The position numbers and the translations under genes are program-made. The notes under the pieces were generated by a model, which was given only the letters and a program-made list of their open reading frames with translations, was not told the origin of the DNA and ran no database searches. A stretch of DNA of 53,728 nucleotides, the filler included, from Jimgerdemannia flammicorona (Eukaryota), in assembly GCA_003990765.1 (NCBI GenBank). It is 2 parts of 2 records of this genome, joined end to end, with 100 filler letters (N's around TTAATTAATTAA, not from the genome) between each part and the next. Parts side by side here need not be neighbours in the genome. Positions count along the whole stretch, not along the records: positions 1 to 26,819 come from RBNJ01000692.1; 1 more part is not named here. One strand, 5' to 3'. Shown piece by piece: positions 11,263 to 25,500 of this stretch (its first letter is position 1; each line of letters opens with the position of its first letter).

Positions 11263-11711
11263 TATGATGATAGAACTAAATTTAGAAGAAGAAAATAGGG
11301 AATAGATACTTAATTGCTACTAGTTCTAAATTAGTATAACCTTATAGTTAGCAGTCTCCAATTTTTGATAATTTCTAAATATTTTAAAATATTTGAAATT
11401 GAAGACCTGATATAGTATAGCATTTTGACAATGTCAAAATATTTTGATATTTTCAAAATAACTCATAACTTAGCCATCTACCTTAAGGCTAACAAACTTA
11501 TATAAATAATTCAATATCTTAGAGGAAATAAACCTCAGATTGAAATAGTTCAAAGTAAAGAGAAAGCAAAGAAACTAGTAAGTCTGCAGGCAGATATACT
11601 TCAAACTCACCCACCCCTATATTCCAAGGACTCTGTGGAGTCAAAGAAGATCAAGTTTTCAAGATACAGAAATCTAACATATGTCCAAGGTTAAGCATCC
11701 ACTACATTACA
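11263..11711 (+). repeat. E2 5' LTR
   Basis: Aligns with 17467-17867; ends CATTACA. Confidence 0.9.
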
Positions 11712-13859
11712 ACTTAGTACCTATTGGCTGGTGATTCAAGACAAATCTCTCACTTTTAAGCTGAACAATGAACAACTGCCATCACCTAAACAACCATACA
11801 AGTTGAACCAAGATATCCAGACAAGATAAATATAAGACCACCAGTATTCTATAATTATACTTCAAATGAGTCAATCATTATCTTCATTGATGATTTCAAG
11901 TAATATACCACTGTAAGGGGCCTGACAGCAAGGCAGCAAGCAACCCTCATACTCTTCAGTCTCTGAGGATCAGCAAGAGTAGTATTCACAGCTGTAATCT
12001 ATGTAGAAAATGATATCTGAGCTATATACTATATAGATGAGATCAAGCAAGTACTGAAAGATCGGCTCAACACAATATGCTAAGAAATGAGTGAGAATCT
12101 AAACATATTCTACACCAGAATCTGATATTAGATAATTCTTATAGATTATGGTGCCACTATCAGGGATCAAGTAGCTGAAGCAACCTTTATGAAAGAAATC
12201 CACCCAGAGATAGCTCTGGCCATCTGCTCATCACTAATAGTTCTGGATCTAATACAGAAGATCACTTATGCTCAGCAATACTAGATAGCCAGATACCTAC
12301 AAGACCATACAATGGAGAGAGTCACTGGAGTCAGAATTGAAGCATCCAAGACAATCAGTATGATACCTACCATAGTGATCAATTGGAATACACCTCAACT
12401 AAGAGCTACAGAATAATAGAGAAATAGTGACCCCATGGAGGAACTTGCAAAGAAGTTCACCAAAATGATAGCCTATCTAGGAGATGTGGTAAAGGAAAAT
12501 AAAGTAAGAGACTACTGCCCAGTTCAGAAATTTACTGCTATCTTAGACAAGAAGAGAGATATCTGCTATACTTGTAGAGAAGAGGACCACTATTTATATG
12601 AATGTATAAGTAAAACTAAGCATAAGGTACAGCTAAGCAATGCTACTCAAAATAAGAAACAGCCAACATTATTACCTTCAAGGAGATTGGGAAATCAGAT
12701 AAAGAGGAATGGGAAACCTACTCTGCTGAGACTATCAGAAAAGATGTCCATAAACCACCCTATAAGAGACCACTAGGGAGACTTAAGAAGAACTCTGTGA
12801 AAAAGCAGATAGAGACTGCTACAGAAAGTCAAGATAAAGAAATAGATCTAGATATAGAGCTAGAACAGGCTATTTAAGATATTATCTGAGAAATCACTCT
12901 AGCCAGTAAAGGAGAAAAGGAGCAGAAGCTTTGCAAAATAAAAACCTTCAAGTATGATATCTTCAAGGATCTCAGTCAACAAAAGGTCAATGCAACCTTT
13001 GGCCAGCTGGCAGAAATTCCCACATTCAGACAGCAAATGAGGTTTGAACTTACTGAAACAACCAAGAAGCAAGGATGGAAGATAACTGAGACCAATAAAG
13101 TTCAAAAGGACTCAGGAGAAGAAAGCAAAGACAACTATGAGACCTATGCCTATACAATCTGTCAAATTGAGGACAGAGTCTTTGAGACTATCATTGATAT
13201 AGAAGTAGGAGAATGCCTCCTCAGTAAGAAAGCAGCAGACTGCCTAGGTTGGGAAGTTGAAGAAATAACCAAAATAGTATTCATCACAGCAGATGGTATA
13301 AGAGCCACACCTCTAGGAAAGATCTGAGATATTCCAATCAAGTTTAGAAGAGCAACCATTACAGTGAATATAATCATGACCAATGCAACCAACTATGACA
13401 TTCTTATTGGTAATCAATGGCTTCACAAGGCTAAGACAGTAATTGATCTGAATGCTCAGAAGATGCAGATTATCTACTATAGACAGAAGATATAAATTCC
13501 CATCAATATCAACAAAGGAGTTCTGTCTGAGATGGAGGAAGAAGATAGTGAACAAGAGGAAGCCTACATGGTGACAACTCAGAAAAAGAAGAAGAAAATC
13601 AGATGGATGAGTGAAGAAGACAGATGTAAGAAGATTATAGAAGAATATACACCACAAGGAGTTTGCCCCCATGGGATCCAAATGTACTATATAGAGCATA
13701 TCAATGAGTGTTACCAGTATACTGGCAAAATCAATGAGATCTACTACCAAAGAAAAGAGAAGGTACTCAAGAAATAGGTAAGAGAAGAAAAGAAAATAAA
13801 AGAAGAAGAGGATGACAAACCACCAGCTCTCCTTAGAGACAGTAATAATGAAGAGGAAA

Positions 13860-14280
13860 TTAAGATCAAGATTTGGAAGATTCATCCTGATACAGTCCTA
13901 CCAGAATACAAATCAGAAAATGCAGCTAAAATAGATATCACCACAGTAAAGAAACTGTACTCAAATCTCAGACACCCACTCTACTTGCAACTGGCCTGAA
14001 GATGACAATCCCAAAGAATTATATTGGGATCCTCAAGACAAGAAACAGCCTGACCAAGAGTGAAATTACAATTGAAGGAGAAGTTATCAATTCAGATTAT
14101 ACTGGAGAATTGCCACTCATTGCTAGGAACCATAATCCTACAACACCATTTCCAGTCAAGAAGAAGGGCCAGTTAGTACAGATGCTGATCTTTTCAATCC
14201 TACAACTAAAGATCATAGAATTCAAGAAGCTGGAGGAAACAGAGAGAGAAAAGAAAGGATTTAGATCTATAGGAAGAGGA
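13860..14280 (+). pseudogene. dut: E2 dUTPase domain
   Basis: LATGLKMTIP, KTRNSL, GEVINSDYTGEL, TEREKKGFRSIG (mutated motifs 2, 3 and 5). Confidence 0.88.
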
Positions 14281-14379
14281 GTATTCATCAGTATCAAGAT
14301 CACTGAGCTGGAGGACAAGAAGGAGGAAACTACAAACAAATACAGCTATACTATTAAAAATGAATTCCCACTCAAGACA

Positions 14380-16975
14380 GAGCTCAAGAAATACTCCATG
14401 AATTTGAGGATATCCTCACCATAGACTTCAAATATATCAAAGAAAAGACTCTATACTACTATTATGATATAGATACTGGAGATGCTGAACCAATTTACCA
14501 GAAGGCAAGATCTGTCCTGCCAGCCTACCAAGAGTGGCTCAGAGAAGAAATCAAGCAGATAGAAGAAGCTGGTATCATTAAGGAGGCCAGCACCCCCTGG
14601 TCTTCACTAGTTGTACTAGTTCCAAAGAAAGGAAGCAAGTCTGGAGAATTCACCCCAAGACTCTGCATTGATTACAGAAAGCTCAACATAGTCACCAAGA
14701 AAGATTGCCAACCACTGCCCCTCATCAGCGACATCCTTATAACTCTGAGAGACAAAGCACAGTATTATAGCATCTTGGATCTATACTCAGGATTCCATCA
14801 AATCAGACTCACAGAAACAGTGAGTGAGAAATCAGCCTTCATCACTCCAGATAGAACCTATGTCTACCTGTGAATGCTATTTGGAATAGGCAATGTACCA
14901 GTAAGTTTCCAGCAAATGATGAATAAAATCTTCTACTATGATATGGGAAGATGGATAATGGTTTATGTGGATAATATGATTATTTACAGTCAGATATCAG
15001 AGGAACATCTGTGGTACATCCAGTAGATAATGGAAATGCTGAGAAAGTATGGCCTATATATCAAGCCCAAGAAATGCAAATTTGTGGAAATCAAGATCTC
15101 CTATCTTGGCCACATCATTAACTAAGATGGAATACACACTGACCCTCTCAAGATATAAGCAGTAGCAGCATACCCAAGGCCTACTACTATTACTGAAGCC
15201 CAAGCCTTCATGGGACTTGCCTCATACTACTGTTGATTTATCAGAGAATTCTCTAACATTACAGGCTCAATCTACAAACTCAACAAGAAGGATATCAAGT
15301 TCCAATAGACTGGTAGACAACAAAAAGTATTTGATGAACTTAAGGTCAGACTGACCCAGACACCCATCCTCAGAAGACCCAATTGGACTCAAGAGTTCAT
15401 CCTGTAGACAGATGTAAGTGCACAGGAACTAGGAGCAGTCCTAGCTTAAAAAAAGGACAAAGTGGAGTATATCATTATATATCTCAGCCAAGTAACCTGA
15501 TGAGCTGAAAAAGAATATGAATTCTACAAGTTGGAATGACTCACAGTTATCTGAGCTGTAGAAACATTCCACTACTATCTTGCCAGAAGACACTTCACAA
15601 TCCAGACAGATCTCTCAGCCCTCACCTAGCTACTGACTACTGGAATCCAAAGGAATTTATACCAGATAGATCATTAAGCTGTAAATCAAAGATATAACTA
15701 TTGTGCACTGCTCAGGAAGAACCAATACCAATATAGATGCCCTCTTATAGATACTCTGAAGGATCTCCAACCAGCAAATCAATTATAAATAAGGAGCTCT
15801 ACTATAGAATTATTATCTATCTGAGCCAGCAAAAGATGTCCCAACATCTGGAAGAATAGAAACAAATGATTATCAACAGAACATGGAAATAATTTGAAAC
15901 CAATGGAGAAACATTGAAGAAAGGAAAGCTATTAGTTATATCAGAACATAAGAAGGAACAAGTAATGAAATCAGTATATGAACTTGGCCATCTAGGAGGA
16001 ATGAACATATACAATAAAGCAAGAAGAACAATATAGTGGCCAGAAATGGAGGAAGATATCAGATAATTTGTCAAGACCTGTAACAAATGCCAGAAATAGA
16101 AATAAGATCAATGAAATCAACCTCCAGGATCAGTATATATAGAATCAGTACTATTTACCCATATTGTAATAGATATAATTGGCCCTCTACCCTTGACCTT
16201 AACTGGCAACTAATACATCATTGTCATTATAGACCTTTTCATGAAATGAATAGAGGCAGAACCTCTTAAGAAAGCTAATGTACAGTCAATTGCTGATTTC
16301 TTTCACAAAGAAATTATTTGCTGGTTGAAGACCCCAACATAAGTAACTATAGAGAGAGAAATAGAATTCATGAACAAGTTCTTTGATGTTCTCTACAAGA
16401 AGTATAAGATTCAGTACATTTAGACTACAGCATGCCATTCTCAAGGAAATAGACAAACAGAAAGGACTAATAAGTTTCTCAAGAATATTATTACCAAGAT
16501 CTACAATAACTACAAAAACTAGAATCACTATCTGCTAATAGCATTATCTGCTCTCCAGAATATTTGATCACAATACACTCATTTCACCTCTTGGGAAATG
16601 CTGTTCAGAGAAGAAAGTTTTTAAGAAACCCTATTATCTAATAAAGATACTATATGAAAATGTGTATATAGAGAAATATAAAGACTATACCAAATCAGGA
16701 AGAAGGCTGAGGATTATATAACCAAGGTGCAGACACTATAATAGAATAATGCAAAAAAGATTCACAAGCCCCTGGAGATTATAAAGATAGGAGACAAGAT
16801 TCTGGTATATCAGAATATGGTAGAAGCTTTATGGTCATGAAAACTAGAGCCTAAGTGGGAAGGACCTTACCTTGTGCAAGATATAAAAGAAACCACCTTT
16901 TGGCTATAAAAACTCTCAGGCACAATCATCCCCACTACTATCCACTGAAACTAACTCAAAAAATACTATAGCTAA
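14380..16975 (+). pseudogene. pol: E2 RT, RNase H and integrase
   Basis: RLCIDYRKLN, ILDLYSGFHQI, VYVDN (YxDD), IDIIGPLP, LEPKWEGPY. Confidence 0.92.
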
Positions 16976-17429
16976 TAACTGAAGTATAGCAACAGCACTC
17001 AAGATCACTAGTGCTGCTCAAAGAGCCATTGAGAGACAATGGTATACTACAGAACCCCTGACTATAGAAGGATCTTATGATAGCATCCAAAGTATCATAT
17101 AGATCCATCTTTCTCAAATTTTGTACTTCAAGGCCTACCACTATCAGATAGAGTTCCAAGAGTACTTCAAACTTGGACAGATACTCAACAAGAGCCCAGA
17201 AATGACTAAGAATGATTGGATCACAGAGTGTCAGCTCTCCTATTCACAAATCACCATTGCCAAAAGAATTTATAAGTTATTCTAAGATAATGAACCAGTA
17301 CTAGTCCACCTATGAGGAATAACTCCTATCAATTTCAAGCTAGTAAGGTAACACTATTGGGAGATAGTGATAAAACAGATTGTACAGTACAAAACCATAC
17401 AGACTGTTGAGGCCTGGAAATTTGAATAG
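16968..17429 (+). pseudogene. E2 3' accessory ORF of unknown function
   Basis: 154-codon single frame, stops explicable by C-to-T: FQEYFKLGQIL...ITIAKRIYKLF(Q)DNEPVLVHL(R)GITPINFKLV. Confidence 0.75.
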
Positions 17430-17466
17430 ATGTTTCAGAGATAAGACTATCTATTCAGGAGGAAGT

Positions 17467-17867
17467 TGTAATAGTAGAATTAAATTTAGAAGAGAAACAG
17501 GAAATAGACACTTGATTGCTACTAGTTCCAAATTAGCATAGTCTTATAGTTAGCAGTTCCCAATTTTGATAATTTAGTATTTTGATAATATTAAAATGTT
17601 TTGACACTTTTTAAATAACTCATAACTTAGCCACCCACCTCATAGTTAGTAAACTTATATAAGTAACCCAGTATCTTAGAGTGAATAAACCTCAGATTGA
17701 AATAGTTTAAATCAAAAAGAAACAAAGGAACTAGTAAGTCTACAGGTAGATATACTTTGAACTCACCCCTTCCTGTATTCTAAGGACTCTGCAGAGTCAA
17801 AGAAGAACAAGTTTTCAAGATACAGAAATCTGATCTACTTCCAAGGTTAAGTATCTGCTATGTTATA
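17467..17867 (+). repeat. E2 3' LTR
   Basis: Starts TGTAAT after the purine tract AGGAGGAAG. Confidence 0.9.
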
Positions 17868-20800
17868 CAATATTACTATTGAGAAAAGTCATCTTTATAT
17901 CTACATATCTAATAGATTTTCAGATTATATATAGTACTGATTGCAAAATGTATACTTAGCAAAGTAAGCTTAAATACTAATAGAAATATCTCATTATAGT
18001 CAGCACTATAATTTTGTAAATAATCCTTAGCAATAAAGTATACTTTATATTACTCTATATTTCTATTATTCTTATGCTTAATCTTATATACATATATATC
18101 CATTATAATTCTATAGCTTATCAATTGCTCAGAAGAAGTATCAGATCCTTTATGCTATTATTGATGAGTAAATTATACTCTTCATTTATGACTTGCTTCT
18201 ATTTCTTATTATCAGAAAAAGTTATCACTTTATTATATATATTTGATTTATCAGAATTTATGATAAATATATATTTATATATCTCAATATAGCTAATATA
18301 ATTTTTATATTGAAACAACTTTGGTATATTCTAATAGCTCTCTAAATTGATATGAGTTTCTTAGTAAATATTGAAGTATTTTTGCTTACTCTTCATGAAG
18401 AATCTCTCATTATTATCAGAGGTCTTGTCATTCTTAATTTCTATTATTCTTGACTCAGATACCTCTAACTCAGATACATATAGTAGTTGAAAATAATTTT
18501 ACTTTATCAGAGAGATTGGCACCAGATATTATACTTACTGAGGTATTGAAGTAGAGATACTAATAGATATATATATCTATATAGAGTTTCTAATTTTCTT
18601 TTTCATTGAACTATATATTATATAAGATTAAAATATAATATTTATATAGATCTCAGAGTTGATATATCTTGCCAGAATATCCAAGAAACTTGCGCTTACT
18701 GACTTTTTGCTCAAACTTATACTAATTAATATTACTCTTATTGAGAATATATACATTATATCTAAATGTATAGTTGTAATATATCTGGCTTTATTCTGTT
18801 TTATAACTCTTCAGAAGTAAGATTATTATCTCTGGAATACTTATTATTATTACTAGATTCCTCACTTAATGTTTGAAATATATATCAGTTATATATATAC
18901 TACTATATTAATTGCTTTAGCCTAATTAGAATATAATAATCTAATCACATTGATTATCTTTTTTGCTATTTTTACAGCTATATGGTTAAATTGCTTGATT
19001 ATACTATTCTACTATAGTATATATATAGTACTATTGATATATTTGTATTCTGTTTCATTCTTTATAATTATTTAAATTCTTTAAATTTATCTAAGACTTT
19101 GCTCTATATAGATAAGAAATATAGATATATATCTTATATATAGTTATTAATGAATATGATGAAATATCTCTCTCCTCTATAGGAAGTAGTATATATATAT
19201 TAGACTATATATATCTATATAGATTAAATTGAACACATTAGATATATATTTTGTCCACTCCTCAAATAGAGATTGAGATACTTATTTGCTACACAATCCT
19301 TATAAAAGTTTTTATTAGAATATATTGTCAGTAATCTTCATATAGATCTATTTCTGATTATTCTCTCCAAGTTTAATTTCTCTATATATCCTAAGTATTA
19401 ATACTATATATTGAATATATTAGACATAGTTATTATACATAATATAGAGGTCTTTATACTACTTAGTATATCATTGATTATATAAAGATTGTCTCATTTT
19501 AATAATAATATAATCTTCTTATTATTCTTCAAACTATATATCATTACTACCATCAGATTTATATATTCCTTTATTACTACAGATCATTATTTTACTGATT
19601 AAAAAGAGATTCCTTTCTATCTTTAGAGTATATAATATATTTTGAAAAGTATCAGCAGACTTTGTAATATTTCTATAGAGATATATTTATACTAATAGTT
19701 CCTCTTTCTTGAGTATAAATAATGTTGTTTTCATCTAACTTAATGAGTATAAGATATTTTAATAGCTTATATATTAAGAACCATTCTTGATAAACTGTTA
19801 TATATTATATAATATCTGAATCTATAAGTTAAATATTATTATTATTAGTAGTGTGGATATTCTTACTGACTATATTCTTATTAGTAGATATATATGTAAA
19901 TTTTACTTATATAACTATTATTATTAGTTTTAGCAGTATTTATATTATATTGTTCTTTATTGTTAAGATGGCAACTCAATATATCAATATATGACTTATA
20001 CTATTTCATCAGATTTATATCATTTATTAGTAATGTGTGAAATGTATGACTTTGAGAACTTTAACAAAAACTTCTCTTTTACTACAAAGGTTATGAGCTC
20101 TGCTAGCACAAAGTGGCAATAGTAATAAATACACCTCTTTAAAATATATAATACTAGAAATATCTGACAAATAGCCTGGTAATGTAAGTACAAAAATAGA
20201 TATATCAATTATAAGCATTTCTATAGATGTAACCACAATAACAACTACAACAGATATAGAAAACACAGTTCTAATTATAAGTATAAATTTAGCTATGTGA
20301 TCTATCCCAATCTTTGATGGAAAAGATTATGTGATCTGGGTATTCTATATGATGAATCTTCTTGACAAATGTGACTTTATAGAGTATATGAAGCCACAAG
20401 TACTGATTCAAGATTATGATGCTATAAATGATCATCAAGCATAATATAAGATTACATTTATATTGTTAAATTTCCAAATGAAGCTTATAATATATATAAT
20501 AACTTCTTACTAGGCAAAAGAGACTCTATATAATCATTATATATATATAAATATCAGCATCAATTTGATTCCATCTAAAATCTCAGCTATTCAATCTATG
20601 AATAAAGCCAAAGAAGGCCATCTACAAATATGCTAGTCATGTTAATGATCTGATAAATCAGGTGAATTTGCTAAGTATATCAGTATAATATATGAGTAAT
20701 AAAGACAATATCTTAGTTCTTATAAGAATCCTCTCCAGAATATATCATATTATAGTAGTGGTTATGCAGGAAGGCAGCAAGCTCACTGATTATACTCATA

Positions 20801-21599
20801 TTATTATAAGTCTCATCAATCTTTTATACTAATATCAAGAGGTATAATGAGTTCAAAGGAGAAGAAAGAACCTTGAGAAATATTTTTGATTCAAGGAATA
20901 TGTGTTTGGGTGAAAAGAAAAGAAAAATATGTTAGAAAAACTAGTCCTTTATATATATATATTGAGAGGGAGAGTGGTAGAAAAAAGCAAGCATGCAAAT
21001 ATATATAAAATTAAATGTAAATATATATTATGAAATGAAGAGTAGTGAATAGTATATGGAGTGCTGAATTAGATAGTATTAAATGAAGAAGACCAAAAAT
21101 GGAAATATACACCCAATATACAGCCTAAAACAGAGATAAGATATACAGCATCAAAGACATAAGTACTCAAGACATTCTTGTATCCATTGATCTATGGGCT
21201 CAAATGAGCCCCCTTATTCAATCTTTTGTAATAATGTCAAGAGGAATAATAAGTTCAAAGGGGAAGAAAGAACTCTAGGAAAGATTTTTGATTCAAGGAA
21301 TATATATTTGAGGGAAAAGAAATGAAATATATAGTAGAAAAACTGGCCCAAATAAATATTGTATAACCTGATGTTGGGGAAGTAAGAATGAGAAAGGACT
21401 GATACCTAAAGGAAAGTAGAGAAGTGTAGTCAGAGAAGATAAGATGGTACCATGAGCAATGTATTACCAGAATGATGTAGAGAGTGTACAGTACTCTGCA
21501 CTAATAGCTGGTATCACGGGCCCATATATAGTGAGAGATACTTTACTGATTAACTGATATTACAGATATGTGGTTAGAAATGTCAGTGACCAAGGAAAA

Positions 21600-22600
21600 C
21601 AACTGAGTAAGGGAGGCCTAAAGATTATAGATGCAAGATATGGGCATATCAATATACCCTTGGAACACTATACTTGACCAGTTTATAAGTGTTTGAATTT
21701 CATAGTCCAACAGACCCACTATAGTGGCATCTGATGTATTACTGATCCAAAAACTGTAGCTGGTATAGAGAGCCAGATTGAGCCCAATGTGCAGAAGTAG
21801 AGATCAGAAATAGTGAATGAGATAGGAGCAGGAAAAAGGGTAGCTCACAGAGTGTATAAATAGAGGAGTATCTGCTGGATTGGGGGCAGTGAGAAATAGA
21901 AGGCAAAGTAGAGATATGATGCATAGTGTATTTGGTGATGAACAGAGTGCAGCCCTGTCAGATGAGGTCCATTTCGAGGTAGGTAGAGTCAGAGTGATAT
22001 ATATGGGATCTAGGATATGAGTGGAAGGCTATGTAGTTCTAAGAAACCTAGAAGGAGAAATCAAATGGACAATCCCATGTAAACTCACCCAACCTCAGAA
22101 ACCTGATATAGGCCAGAAAAATTACTGCTGCCAGATTGAGATCATTATGGTCTTGCAGACACAGAAGGGCCAGGAGCTGCTATGAGATACTGATGGTGAT
22201 TGAGAGCCAAGGATGGACTGGGCATATGTCCAGCCATCATTTGACACTATGTATGACTTGGGGCAGCTATTGAAGGCCTATGAAAGGATCAGTAAGACCA
22301 GAGTCAATGTGAAGAGACCAAATAGCTGAGAGATACTGCTTTATAGTAGTGGGTTGCAGGTATCATAAGGTGAGATGACAGATCCAATACATCAGCACCA
22401 GCTTTGATGTGGGTAGGGCACAGCCAGAACTGCAGTTACTGTGGAGGGTACAGAATTGAAGAAAGCTGCATTATCCTGAAGAATATGAATGGTGTATAGA
22501 TTTTATCAGTCTGAACTACAGAAAGAAGTTAACAATGGGTGGAAGTGTGGTATGCAGATGATACCAATTATTGTTAGGTACATCTGCATATAGGGAGTAA
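21600..22600 (-). pseudogene. Ngaro tyrosine recombinase
   Basis: FLRLGEF (catalytic R); YTSYSFWIS as mutated Y(T)GHSFRIG; C-terminal YID. Confidence 0.85.
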
Positions 22601-22619
22601 GGCAGTGGAAGTGAGAGAG

Positions 22620-24150
22620 GTCAGAGCAGGACAAAGTATCAGCAATGCCATTATTAGAGGTAGAGACATATGTTATACAAAGTTAGAAGACATGTGACAC
22701 TATGAGAAAATAAAGTTGGTAAAGAAACTCAAGTAGAAGAGGGTTGTATATAGTGTCCAAGTTGACAATAGCAACAACTGCTTAATTATCTACATGAAGA
22801 AGAATCCAGTAGAAAGCCCACTAAGTACCCTAAGTAGCAGTGGCTGCTACAACAGTATTGAGCTCTTTGAATTGAATATCATATGGCATTAGAGCAGGGG
22901 GCCATGGGGCCAAGAACCACAATCCTTCATAATATACCCTAAAGCCTAAGTCACCACTAGCATCAGTCTATAGATAGGTATCTGGCAAACTAGATGACTC
23001 AATCAGATGAATAACTGAAATATCTTTCCAAGAAGTAGGAAAGCAAGTCACCACTAAATGTTAGCATGGAATATATCAGGTAAAGAGATGTGGAAGTTAG
23101 AGTTGCTGGAGAGCAGATCAATGAAATATTAGAGAAAGAGCTATTCTGGCAGGATGATTTTACTAGTAAAGGCCAAGAAGCCAATAAGAGATTGAAGTTG
23201 GGGCCTTGTACAAGACATCTATATAGACTACTGATGAAAAAGTATTATGATAGCATTGAGTTTGCCTATGGGAAGATGAGCTTCCATCATGACTGAATTG
23301 AGCTTGATGCCTAGGAAAACCAGAGATATCAATGACCCCTCAACCTTCTACTCTTGAATGAACCAGCCAAGATCTCAGCTAAGAGATAGGAATGATTGGA
23401 GGTTAGTGGATGCTGTTCCAATGACTTGTACAGAGACTAGCAGAAAGTTGTCTATATAATGTATGAGAGCCTGGAGACTATACTGAAGTGTCATCTATAT
23501 GAGGAGCTCAGAAAAGAAGTTAAAGAGAAACAGTGAGGAATATGTACCAAAAGGAGCAAAGCAGTTGAAATAGAACAGACCTGACAATTCAAAACCAAAT
23601 AGCTCCATCAGTGGAGTAGATGAGAATGTGCAATAAGTGTCAGTAAGATCAATCTTTAACAGTAGACAACCTTGACCAAACTGGCAAATTAGGGTCAATG
23701 CATTATTGAAATAAATGTAGGACAGCTTGAAGGCATTGTGATCAATGCCCACATTCACTAATCCACTACTGTAGAGCTAGAATAGATCATGAATAAATCA
23801 TCAAGTGGTGGCAGAATTTTTCTTAGCCTCAGTACTGAGGAGAGATGAGCAGAAGTTGGTAAATAGAGAGACTGAAAATGGACTGCAGACTCAACCTGCT
23901 GTGAGCTCCTATATAATATCTGAGATGATGGTATCTGGATAGTCTAGAGCAGAATAGTGGTTGTGAGCTAAGAAATAGTACCAAGGGCTATCAAAACTGA
24001 GAAGTATGCCTTGAGTGATAGTAGTGATAGCAGACTGAGAGACAGACTGATCAGAATAATATTGGAGTTCATGTGTTCATATAACAGAGTGGAGAGTGGT
24101 AAATAATAATAAAAATCACCATAAGATAGCCTGAGCAGTATTATTGAGCA
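22620..24150 (-). pseudogene. Ngaro RT + RNase H
   Basis: LLLKIDLTDTY, APFGTYSS, HYIDNFLL (YxDD), IYTDASGDLGF, LLHVDN. Confidence 0.88.
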
Positions 24151-24199
24151 GAAGCATAATTGATCATTGGAGAAATATATTAAGGGTAGGTAGAGGATC

Positions 24200-25500
24200 A
24201 CAGGCAGGTAGAGTGGGTGGAGGAACATAGGTGAGCAGAGTGGGGGTGAATTCTTAGGGCCAAAAAAGTGGATTCTGTGAACAGCAAGACCATGAATGGT
24301 CTTTGCCACACTGTATACAGATATGAGTATAGGAATAGTTCTTCTGCTGACAGCCCAGATCCTTTGTGGGAAATCCATCACTAGTAATGCCATTGTAGTC
24401 ATATTATGTGAGACAGCTCACCATGCTATCCCCTATGTGAGAGGTCAAGTCTTCAGTGGGACAAGAGGGCTATAGAGAACTACAAAACCTAGATAACTTG
24501 AGAGTAGTGACCAGTATTTAGAGATATTAGTATAAACTAAGTACCATGAATAAAACAGGATTGTGGCAAGCCCATAAGTAATACTAAATTAGAGAGATAT
24601 CATTATTCACAATCTCTGCTAAGTACTTAGTATGAAAGGAGATGTGATAGTTGAGAAGTGCTGAGTAGAAGGATGATGTAGAGAGTAGAATAAAGTCAGT
24701 TGTATAGGTAAAGAATAGAGTAGGTTCAGTGAGCCTGAGATAAGCATCCTGGAGGATACTAAAATAACTGAGAAGTATGGCAAGAAATGCCAGGATGTCC
24801 AGGAGATCCTTAATAATAGACAGAGATCTCTACAGAATGACTCTTATACTGGAGTCATCAATTGATTTGATGAATTGAGCCTCAGGAGGGGAGCTGGAAG
24901 ATGTGACATTATACTCTAGAAACTGGCTGAGAGATGTAGTGGAAAAGGAGTTGCCAATGATCACTACCAAGAGGCATTGGTTAATATGAGCATTCTTGAG
25001 TGAGAGGTTGATGCTATGAATGATGGTGTGGGAGATGGCAGCAATGAAGACAGCAGGTAGAGGAAAGAACTCACCCTGTAGATTATCAAGCAGGCCATGA
25101 GAGCCAGGGGGAGTAGAGGCAGGAATCACTATTGAAAGAGAAGGCATAGAGGTGATAGCCACCAATAGAGATATGGTGGCACAATCTTTAAATAATTGAT
25201 TCATGATAGGGACAGTGAGATTGCTGGAAGGGCAGATCTTGATTGTCAGGGTCAAGGCTGGGGCATCAATAATTGTTATAGCTGGGCATGCCTGGAGTAA
25301 GTGGAGCAGCTTGTTGATGCAGCAGTCCTGGGCAGAAGTATATTCTTACAGAACAATGATACTGGCCTTGATGGAGCTGATAGAAGAGAGCAGCAGAGCT
25401 GCTGATGTAGACTGCTCTAGAGTGGGAGACGGCACTTGAACAGGGGCCTTGGACATCACATGGGTGGAGAGCTATAAAGAGCATTGAGAGAAGCAGAAGT
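24200..25500 (-). pseudogene. Ngaro ORF1 (gag-like), boundaries approximate
   Basis: Position between A1 and RT; Pro-rich N-terminal part and Cys/His residues near the C-terminus. Confidence 0.55.

Larger units (their letters stand above)
11263..17867 (+). mobile_element. Ty3/Gypsy LTR retrotransposon E2, full length, degenerate
   Basis: LTRs 11263-11711 and 17467-17867; 4-bp TSD CTAT/CAAT whose removal restores the Copia RT frame; CYTCREEDHYLYEC knuckle; PR, dUTPase, RT, RH, IN. Confidence 0.93.
10056..19960 (-). mobile_element. Ty1/Copia element A internal region (IN-RT-RNaseH), heavily mutated; interrupted by E2 and bounded by the E1 and Copia B insertions
   Basis: Minus strand reads IADFLTNAL (ADxLTK motif) near 10110-10140; FLN(G)(D)I(D) RT motif split by E2; reverse-complement similarity to 36700-39400. 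Confidence 0.85.

Noticed and set aside
11712..11735. E2 PBS tRNA assignment
   Set aside because: The position fits a PBS, but the sequence is too mutated (ACTTAGTACCTATTGG) to name the tRNA.
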